Part shown: positions 55,190-64,000 of the stretch, one piece after another | Layout of the letters: each line of letters begins with the position of its first letter | Position numbering within the stretch: the stretch's first letter is position 1 | Origin: Lama guanicoe | Taxonomy: Eukaryota | Direction of reading: 5' to 3' | DNA length: 64,000 nt | Assembly (NCBI GenBank): GCA_013239625.1 | Contig: MU053810.1 | Span: 3,442,071-3,506,070 of the forward strand | Notes under the pieces: generated by a model | Seen by the model: the letters and a program-made list of their open reading frames with translations, nothing else | Database searches by the model: none | Told to the model about the DNA's origin: nothing | Translations under genes and position numbers: made by a program

Positions 55190-55560
55190 CAGTCCCAACC
55201 CCCATCCCCCAGCACTTTCCCCCTTCCTCACTCTGCCCCAGCTACTCAGGCTTCCTTGCAGTTTCCTACACATGCCAAGTCAGCACCAGCCTCAGGGCCT
55301 TTGCACTGGCTGTTCCTTCTGGCTAAAATGCCCTTCCCCAGATATCCTCATGTCCAAGCCTTTCATCTCCTTCATCTCTACTCAGATGTCTTCTTTATGA
55401 GGTTTATACTCTCACCACCCTACGTAACACCCTCCATCCCAGCATTCCTGTTACTCTACTTGTTTACACATGTCCTTGCGCACCTCTATTTCCCCTGCAG
55501 TTGTGAGCAATTTGAGAGTAGGGTCCACAGTATATTCACTTTGCATCCCAAGCAATGTCT
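55190..55560 (+). mobile_element. LINE-2 (L2a-like) fragment
   Basis: CCTCAGGGCCTTTGCACTGGCTGTTCCTTCTGGCTAAAATGCCCTTCCCCAGATATC hallmark. Confidence 0.8.
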
Positions 55561-55932
55561 CTTATATTTAAAAAAAAAAGGTGAAATATCAAATCAATAG
55601 CTGACATAACTTGCAACTAATGAATCTGTTTTAAATTTTTGAGGCCTCAAACAACCTGATCACTAGTGCAAGTGTTAAAGATACAGAAAAGAACATTACA
55701 ACAAACTAGATAAAGACATTAAAGCAAGGGCACAGAAATAATTTTAAAATGATTGATTTACAGCTCAAAGATGCACAAGGATGCCAAATACAATGGTGCT
55801 ATTTTATCTAAGAACCAGGGTAATGGAACAATTAATTAATTTAACATGCACTGTAGTAATTTTCTGTGTTTTATCATTTAAAATATTTAAAAAATAATAA
55901 TAACGAAAGCTAATGTTTATTAAGAACTTGCC

Positions 55933-56106
55933 GCCCCTTTTGCACTCCCTCCCCTTCAGAGATGTCCCCCGCACTCTGCCTATGGAGTGTGTACCTATTC
56001 TTACTTTAACCTGAGCACCCAACTCCCACACCTCTTTCCTTGCCTTTCTCTTGCCTTACACTCTATGCAGTATGTATCTCTCTAAATAAATCTACCTTTA
56101 CAAAAA
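55933..56106 (+). mobile_element. Poly(A)-tailed LTR-like retrocopy (copy B), inserted in a MIR (~55895-56285)
   Basis: AATAAA 56085-56090, A tail from 56102, TSD AA(G/A)AACTTGCC at 55922-55932 and 56107-56117. MIR core (GAACTGAGACTC..ACTTGTCCAAGGTCACACAGC) continues on the right. Confidence 0.82.
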
Positions 56107-56713
56107 AAAAACTTGCCATGTGCATCTTCAGGCATCTTAGAAGTACCAACTTATTTACCCCACATAATAAACCTCTGTAATAGGCACTATTATTATCTCC
56201 TTTGGTAAAGGAACTGAGACTCAATGACTTGTCCAAGGTCACACAGCCAACCAGACCATATGGCTTCAGAGCCTGAACTCCTAACCCTGGTAGACAGGTA
56301 AAAAACTATCCTTACTTTGAATGGAAAGGCTTATCTTTAGATAGGATACTGTTTTGAGCTTCCCAGAATGCTTTTCATGAACGAGTTATATGTATGCTCT
56401 CTTCCTACATCCTTTGACTATAAGCAATCATTTTCTTTCTGTAAAGGAAAAATATTTTCAGTTTTCCTCCATATTAACAGCAAACTTTGTCAAAGCTTTT
56501 AGGACTAAGAAAGGAAAGAAAAGACCTCCAAGAAATGAGTAATTCATAGGCCCAGCCTGGCCTAGTTCCATGGTTTGAGTCCCACCACCTACTGCCACTG
56601 TGATCTCAGACGGTAATTAATTCAACCCCTGCCCATCCCTGCCATGTACCATTCTTCCTGGCTGCTGCGTGCCCTCCCCGGTTCCCACTCCACACCACCC
56701 CTAACTTATTCCT

Positions 56714-56905
56714 GCAAGGGTTCTTAACTGGGTTCCCCAAACCCCCAGAGTGGCCATGGATAGAATTCAGGGGATCTGTGAGCTGGGTAGGATGTATCCT
56801 ATGTATTTTCATTAATTTGTTCAAGAGCGTTATTCTAAGAAGGGGTGCACAGCCTTCAATGGACTGCCATGGGGGTCTACGGCACACACACAAAAAGAAA
56901 TGTAG
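56714..56905. mobile_element. Charlie4-like hAT MITE
   Basis: GGGTTCTTAACT..CCATGGATAGAATTCAGGG..TTATTCTAAGAAGGGGT..ACTGCCATGGGGGTC. Confidence 0.7.
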
Positions 56906-57606
56906 ATAAGAGCAGACACAGGGAAGTAAGCTAGGAGATATTTTTAACAGTTTAAGAAAGGAAACAAATCTAATTAGGGTGGTAGAGGTGAGAATGGAAA
57001 GATCAAGGAGGCAGCTCAGGTATTCCTAAATAAAATGGCATCTTTCACCTTCCTTCTGCGTCTAACCTTCTAAAAAGAAAAACTGCCCCCATTTCTACTC
57101 ATTTGCTCCATGAATCTTTAAGCTTGTGCTCACACACACACCCAATCAACCACTCTCTCACAAAGTACATCCGTGCCCATCGTGGTCTCTGGAGAATCTA
57201 ATTCTGTTAATCTTCCTGCTTTTCTCTTGTTTCCTGTTTCTTCCTCCTCCATTCTTCCCTCAAAGCCTGGTGTCCCCAGTGATCCGACTTCTTCCTCACA
57301 GATCTAATTTACCCCCATGGCTTCACCCGCCAGTCCTGCATGGATGACTGTTAATTCTCCATCCCAGCCCTAACTTTCTTGGGAGTTCCAATGCCACCTT
57401 CCAACACCCCACGGGTGCGAAGTGTCACTGGAATATCCACTCACCATCACCTGCAACTCAGCACTTCTCAAATCAAAAGTCTCTTTCAACACACAATTCC
57501 TCCCCTTAACTCTTCTAACTTGATCATAGGGTTGCCATTCTTTCACATGCTGTCAGGACAAATCCTGAATATTTCTCCTTACTTTTAACAATATTCCTTC
57601 TATTGT

Positions 57607-57760
57607 CTTGTTACTCAAAGTGCAGCAGCATCACATTATCTAAAAGCATGACAGATGCAGAATCTCAGCACTGGCCCCAGACCAGCCGGGTCAGAATTGG
57701 CATTTTAAAAATGTCCCCAAGTGATTCGCACACACACACATTAAATTTTGAGCAGCACTT
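57607..57760. mobile_element. MER5-like hAT MITE
   Basis: TTACTCAAAGTG..GCAGCATC..ATGCAGAATCTCAG..CCCCAGACC..GCATTTTAA..CCCCAAGTGATTCGCA..TTGAGCAGCACT. Confidence 0.75.
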
Positions 57761-57819
57761 GTCTAGTGCTTATTAATATGCTACCAGCCTCAGAGCATCT
57801 GAATGTGTTCATTTTCAGC

Positions 57820-58045
57820 TATTCATTACTGAATCCTTATTAGGTGTCAATTACAGTGCTAGGCTTTAAATACATTAGCTTACCTAACGCTCAAACTTAC
57901 CCTGTGAGGTAACCATCATCTCCCTTTTAAGAATGAGTAAATTGAGGCTCAAGTGAATACCTTGTCTAAATTAATCTGCTTAGAGCGCCTATATATGGTG
58001 AAGGCAGAATTTGAACCTAATCTGTCTGACCACAAGCCATTTAGC
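57820..58045 (-). mobile_element. MIR SINE
   Basis: CCCTGTGAGGTA..ATGAGTAAATTGAGGCTCA..GAATTTGAACCTAATCTGTCTGAC. Confidence 0.8.
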
Positions 58046-61000
58046 CAAACGGCACCAATTCCCTTAAATTCCAGAATTTGTATTTCCAAGGGTATATTGG
58101 CAGAATTAATTGCTCTGGTTGACTGCATTTTTCTAATCAACATAAGGAAGAATTTGTTTGTTTATTACAATTCTTGCTGAAAATCTTTCTAAAGACATAG
58201 CAGACAATCCTGTCGTAGAAAGAGAAACCCTTGTCTTGACATGAGTTAGCATCCTGAATATTCAAGTTCATTATAAGGTATTCAATAAATGGAGAAGAAA
58301 ATGTATTCGGTTCTCAGAATATAATCCCAAGTGGTAGGGGGTATAAAAATATTCCCCTAATTATAAACTGTTTATGTGTGTGCACTTGGCATTCTTCTTT
58401 TCTCTAAAGTAAAGGGAAGGAAAAAAACAGTGCGAGACTAATTCGTGAATGAATGGTTATCTGGGTTCCATTCACTGAGTTTCATCTAACGTTTAGCTCA
58501 CTATTGTTTTAATTTAATTGCCTCATTATATTCCATTCAGTCAATAGTTCAGTCATTTATTTCTTTTTTAAACTCTAGTTTCCTTCCTTTATCTTTTTCA
58601 GTGCCCATATATGAACCCATGAATCTAAAAGACATCACTGTTTCTCCAGTGTTATTTCAAGTCCTAGACCTTGCTGAGGATTTAATAACAGAAGCTACAG
58701 ATGCCCTATCCAGCAAACTGCAGATCTGCCAAAACAAGGCACCAAGATAATCATGCCAGCATTACTAGGATGGATACCTGCCTGATACCACCTGGGCAGA
58801 TCCTCTCCCTTCTTTGGGGAACTGCTCTAGGAAGAGCAGTTACAAATCCAACAGGCAAGAGCTACCATCTTTTCATTCCAGTTGCAACTGATGGAAGCCG
58901 GACCAGTCAGAATCCTTCCATGGGATTTGTATAACTGAATCAGAGACAGAAAGCCCCTTTGGGGGGGGGGGCAGAATTCACAAAATGTGAAATTCAGGAA
59001 GCATCAGTTCCCCGCCCTGTGAAAGAAACCAGACAGCTATGAGCGAGAACAAAGCCAAAACGGCCAGCAAAGTCCCAACAGCAACCAAGCACCTGGTTCC
59101 AATTTACCCCCGAAGCCCAGCCCCATTTCTCTTGGTTTGCTCACCACTCCATCCTTCCACTGTGACCTCCGAAACCCTCCTAATATTTCAAAATTTTGCC
59201 TATGCTCATCCACATTTCTACAGCTCGCAATTAAAAAAGTAACATTAAGGCTGGTTATTTCTACTACATTTGTTTTAAGCAAGTTTTATGTTCTTTAAAT
59301 TTTTTTTACTACGTTAAAAGTCTTTCTTTAGATATTTAAATGGGCTTTTAAATACTCATTTCTAAAAGGCTCCCATTTCACTTCGCATAAAAATCTTTTA
59401 GAATATCTCTTTAAAACAAGGCTTGGCACCTCTCTTCAGACAAGCTCCTCACACTATTCAAATATAATTGTAGAAGCTAACTGCCTGATCATTTTTTAGT
59501 TTAATTCCGAATTTAACAAGGCAAAATTGCCTTCTTAAGTCGTCTTTTCCTTTATGTATTCAATTATATTCTCTGCTTAAAATACTTAAAATAAAAATTG
59601 GCAGCGATCCATTCACTGATGGGTATTTGAAGTCAGAAAGCAGTTATATATGAAATTAACCACACAAAGTCAAGCTTACTCTTGTCATTAAGAATTACCA
59701 CCACAATGGACTTGAAATTTTCCACCTTAATTGCAAGTTTTTACATTTCTATCAAATAGACTTTGACTTAATAGACTGCAATGCAGTCCAACTAAACTCA
59801 ATCCAACCAACTCTTAGTTCACACAATCACTTGCAATCACCGCAGACTTCCTTGCCTCCAGCCCCAGCCCTGAAAATTCCCCGAGTGCAGCTTCATTGGC
59901 AAAGTTATGATAGTAAGGCAACTTTTGGTATATACTATTACTATTCCAGGTATCCTAACTTAACGTCAGGAACTGAGCAGACTGGAAAAGGAGTTGAATC
60001 TTGAAGTTAGAAAAAAAACTTGGAAATCATCCAGTCCAATCATCTTACCTCACAAACACAAATATCGATGCAAAAATAGTTAACAGGCCCAAGGTCAACA
60101 GAATCAGAGAATTAGAAAACAGATCCAATGAGCATTTTAATGTAGTATAATACACAGGAGAGTCCCAGTCTCAGATGCTGACATGATACTACACGCAGTA
60201 GATGACTACTTAACTACATGGTTATTTCTAAATGTCCTTTAGACAAATCCAAGTGAATTTTAAAAGCAAGAAATTGCTATATTCATAACAGATCTTTTCC
60301 CATTAATCCTGATCACATTAGAAACGCAGGGAAAGACTGATTTGAATGGTCTGTTCCTTCTCTGCTAAGCTTCCTCAAATGTCTCCATTCATACACAACA
60401 CAAGGCTTTCTCCTTAATGATGTTGATAAACTTATTCTCATATTATACTATGGACTTCGGTGCACGCAAGGTCATATGAAAACGTTTACCTAAGACTTTG
60501 TCACCTAAAGTGAAATCAATCAGAAACACATGGCATCTAAGTGCTTAGATTTCATCTTTATATACACCTCCCCCGCCTTTTTTTTCCCCCAAAAATAATA
60601 AAGGAAATGGACGTTTTAAAAGAAGGCTGTGAAACAGACCTTTCTATGTCAGCTCAGTGCCCTCAAGACAAAGATATCTGGACAAAAATATGAGGGATGT
60701 TTTTAGCCATCTTTTGCACAGAGGCTGGGGGTGGCACTATGTGCATGATACCTGTTTGTTGAATGAATAACATGATTATTTAACATTCTATGGAAACTTG
60801 ACTCCTTTGGATGATTACACTTAGAATTGCTAACTTTTCTTGAAAGCAAATGAAAAAGCACTATCTAAAAATCACATTATTTTTATACGTGATAAGTATT
60901 TCAAAATATTTCCAATTAGCAAGAAACTCTAAAGCAAAAGTAGCAATTCAAAAGTACAAAGTAGTGATATAAGTGGTGACAGTAAAACACATGCAATTAC

Positions 61001-62818
61001 AAGGTTTTCTAAAGTAAACTGAAGTTCAAACTAACTCCCAGAGAGCACACTCTTTCAGAGGCATATTATCTGTCCCCACTACTTTACTAGATTAAACCCT
61101 CAGATACACTCTCCTGACCCAAACACCAGAACTTCAAAGGAAATAAAAGCAACAATACATGCAGAACTAACATTATTTTTTAAAAGCAACTAAAAACATA
61201 ATAATAAAAAGCCTAACAGATTTAGAACCTAAGTCTGAACTGTACCCTTATTACATAGGAAAAATAACACTTTACTTAATAAAACTTAGGTGAGTTTTGG
61301 TACAATACTGTCTGCTGTTGTAACAGCTTACATTCCTAAATGCTAAAAAAAAAAGTTGTCAGGAAGTTGAAATGAACTTCAGTGCGTCAGGCATTAGGCT
61401 GATAGAAATAATCATTTCTCCACCTTCTTAAAAGCAGTCACTCCTTGGAAACACAATCAATCCTGATACAGTTTCCACCTTTTCCCCAGCTCAGCTTGGG
61501 AAAGAAACATACAAACACGATGCTTTTGAACCATTTCAACCAACTTCATTGAACTGAGAATGTCCTTTTAAAAACCAACATGATTTTCTGTCATTTCTAT
61601 TATGCCGAAAAGGACCCACAGACATCCATGTAAATCAAAAGTACCGAAGGCAAGCTTATACTTTTTCTCAGACGCTGACTGACTGCAGTGGGTAAGGTCA
61701 CGGTCAAAATTCACAGGCGCATTTAAACTTTCATGGCTCAGTCAACAGCTCCTATCGTGTTTCCTGATCCTAAGGAGATTAAAACTGCAGGAGTTTCTCG
61801 CTGTAAAATCAGCAGGAGGCTATTTCGGACCCTCAAACCGCAGTCCGCATAGCCTGCAGCGGCGCATCTTCCAGCACTTCTGGCTGTGTGTTCAGCTAAC
61901 CTTCCCAAGCGTTCTCCTCCAGCCTTTGAAACAAACCCCCAGAACCGGTGCAGTCAACTCACGACCGCCTTCCACCGCGCCCGCAGAGACCCGCTCCTGC
62001 TGACACCCCCGGGCCGCCCTTCCGCAGTCGGTGACTTCGGCCTGGCTCCCCAAGGTGGGGGAGGAGGTGTGGGGACCAAGACTCCCCGCCAAGCGGCTCG
62101 TCAGCAGGCAGAGCGGCAGGGCGATGCAGGAGAGCAGCAGAGGAAGATGCTAAACACCAGTGCTGTATTTACACTGGCTTTTTCTTTGCCAAAAAGATCC
62201 CGTGTGTCTAAGAACATTGCCTTTAAAGGAAAAAAAAAAAAACCTAAGCACTAAAACGCTGCCCAAAGCTCTCCGATCTCCAATATTCTCACCACCGTCC
62301 CCGTGCGGGGAGCTTCCGGACGCTCCCAGCCTCGGACAGGTACACCTGCCAGACCGCGGAGGACCAGGCCGCCCCTGCCGCCCCCTCAGAGGAAGCGATC
62401 GCCAGGAATCTGACCCCAACAGCCCCTGCCGAGGGTGACAGCCCAGGCGGAGTCGTGCCCTGCAAAAACTTCCCAGTTCCCGGGCTTTGGGGACAGATCC
62501 GCCGCGAGCAGACGGACGGACTGGGGCCGACACTGGTACGGCCGCAAGGCTCAAACGGCAGATGGGACCCCTCCTCCTGCATCCAGCCCTAGGTCCAAGG
62601 GAGTCCAAGTGGCACCCGGTGGCGCCGAGGGGTTGGAGCGCGGCGCGAGTCCGGGGGCACCGACGAGCCGCGGCGAGCGGGCAGCCCGGGAGGGCGAGCA
62701 GGCAGAGGGCCCGGGGCCCCGCTCAGGCTCCCCGCCCCGCAGCAGCTGCAGCAGGAGGAGGAGGGGAGCGAGGAGGAAGAGGAGGAAAGGGACTGCGCGC
62801 CGCAGCCGGAGCCCTTAC

Positions 62819-62962
62819 CGAGTGGTTTACTCCCCACATCAGGACGCTGAGCAGCGGATCGCTGGCCCGAAAGAGCTTCACTTTCTGCGCTACGAAGTGT
62901 TTCTTCTTGGTCTTGGTCTTGCTCGCCAGGACAGAGGACCCCAGGTTGCCGGGGGTCGCCAT
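62819..62962 (-). CDS. PIP4K2A: Phosphatidylinositol 5-phosphate 4-kinase type-2 alpha, coding part of exon 1 (48 codons, phase-0 end)
   Basis: Translates to [48 protein letters not shown], the recognisable PIP4K2A N-terminus. ATG is in strong Kozak context (GCGGCC ATG G). Ends at canonical donor TCG|GTAAGG. Lies in a CpG island. Confidence 0.97.
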
Positions 62963-63250
62963 GGCCGCCGCCTCTGTCCCCTCCACCGCCGCGCTCCCGA
63001 GGCCGGGGACCCGCCCTCTCTACACGCCGGCCCGGGGAGGCAGCCGCATCCCCCTCGGCGGCGGCGCCGGCGCGCCGTGCCCCGCTCCGCCCGCCAACGT
63101 ATTCGCTCCGCTCCGCCCGCTGTGCCGGGTCGGCCCGGCTGGCGAGAGAGGCTGCGCTTGGTTCGCGATCCGGCCCGGACCCCGCGCCCGCCGCGGCTCG
63201 GCGCTCAGCCCGCGGCTGGACCAGGCGCGCCGCGAGCGGCTTCCGCGTTG
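62963..63250 (-). other. PIP4K2A: PIP4K2A 5'UTR part of exon 1 (upstream boundary/TSS approximate)
   Basis: GC-rich sequence contiguous with the start codon, with no obvious acceptor, lying just downstream of a GC-box cluster. TSS cannot be fixed from sequence alone. Confidence 0.6.
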
Positions 63251-64000
63251 GGCGCCGGCGTCTTGACGCAGGGGGCGGGCGGGCAGCAGCTGCGGCGCCG
63301 CCAGGCGGGGCGCGGGGTGTGGCCGCGGGACCGTTAAGCTGCGCCCTCGCGCTCCGGCTCCGGCTCCGCGGCGGCGGCCCGGCCGCCCCCGGGGCGCAGG
63401 CAACTTTGGGGCGGCCGCTCCCGGCCGGTGAGGAGGCCGCGGGGTGGGCGTGCGGCTCGGGGAGTGGGAGCGCTCCCGCGAGGCGTCCGCTTCTGCTGCC
63501 CAGGAGAAAAGAGTGAAGGATGGGGAGAGCGGGGAGGTCAGAGCAGAGGGGGCCCCAGAGGCGGTGGTCAGGCGAAGGATGGAGGCTCATGGCACCGCCG
63601 CTTACCGGTGCCACGGGAGCTAGTGAGACCTGAAAAGCTGCGTGGAGACCAGGGCTTCCCCAGCACCGAGGGAAAAGACCTGAGCACATCGTTGGCCACC
63701 CCTCAAAGTGGCCCTGCGGTGAACTTTAACCTCGTTGTGCCTTTTGGGCCCTGAACTTGGGCCTTCCCCCACGCATGCAGAAGGGAGACTCCCACCTCCA
63801 CTAACGCCCTCCAGAGACAGGACCCTGGATTCCTCCTCTAGAGTCCTTGGTTTAGCCAGGAGAATCACGCCCCGAACTGCACGTTCTTCGCCAAATCCTC
63901 CGTGATGTTTCTTGGATCCCTTCGTTTTAGCCATCCCACTGACCTTTCGCGGAAATCTGTTCAGTTGTCTTCATCCATGTACACCTAATTTAGCCCTTAA

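Larger units (their letters stand above)
1..62818 (-). other. PIP4K2A: PIP4K2A intron 1 (partial; continues past the window start)
   Basis: Begins GTAAGG at 62818 on the minus strand. No downstream PIP4K2A coding exon was recognised. Content is repeat-rich and non-coding. Confidence 0.88.
61790..63650. promoter_or_regulatory. CpG island / TATA-less promoter of PIP4K2A
   Basis: Abrupt rise in GC and CpG density relative to the rest of the window. GC boxes (GGGGGCGGG ~63271, GGCGGGGCGCGGGG ~63304), KLF-like GGGTGTGGC, CRE-like TGACGCA at 63264. Spans exon 1. Confidence 0.93.

Noticed and set aside
52877..55600. Cluster of 120-200-aa ORFs
   Set aside because: They overlap L2, MER5 and (AC)n repeats and are compositional artefacts.
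62150..63934. Long overlapping ORFs (300, 259, 366 aa etc.) across the CpG island
   Set aside because: Low-complexity Arg/Pro/Gly/Ala translations expected from stop-codon scarcity in GC-rich DNA. Only the 48-codon PIP4K2A exon is recognisable.
1..64000. CRISPR arrays, operons or prokaryotic defence systems
   Set aside because: Sequence is mammalian intronic DNA. No regularly spaced repeat-spacer array or gene-dense region was seen.

Overview
Mammalian genomic DNA, most likely a camelid (alpaca/llama/camel), inferred from several tRNA-Ala-derived Vic-1-type SINEs. The window holds the 5' end of PIP4K2A on the minus strand: a CpG-island promoter (~61.8-63.65 kb), coding exon 1 (62819-62962, 48 codons) and ~62.8 kb of intron 1. 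I did not recognise exon 2. The intron is a mosaic of L1, L2, MIR, LTR, DNA-transposon and SINE fossils plus microsatellites. Almost all ORFs in the supplied track are chance or repeat-derived. I see no evidence of a novel protein-coding system. The most interesting observations are: (1) two copies of a short LTR-like sequence with poly(A) tails and target-site duplications (TSDs), apparently mobilised like a SINE; (2) a chimeric L1 bounded by one TSD pair; (3) a 5'UTR uORF in frame with the PIP4K2A CDS; (4) a candidate internal promoter/alternative first exon at ~19.7-19.95 kb; (5) several haematopoietic-type enhancer motif clusters. Repeat family names come from recalled consensus sequences, not from a search, and boundaries of old repeats are approximate.
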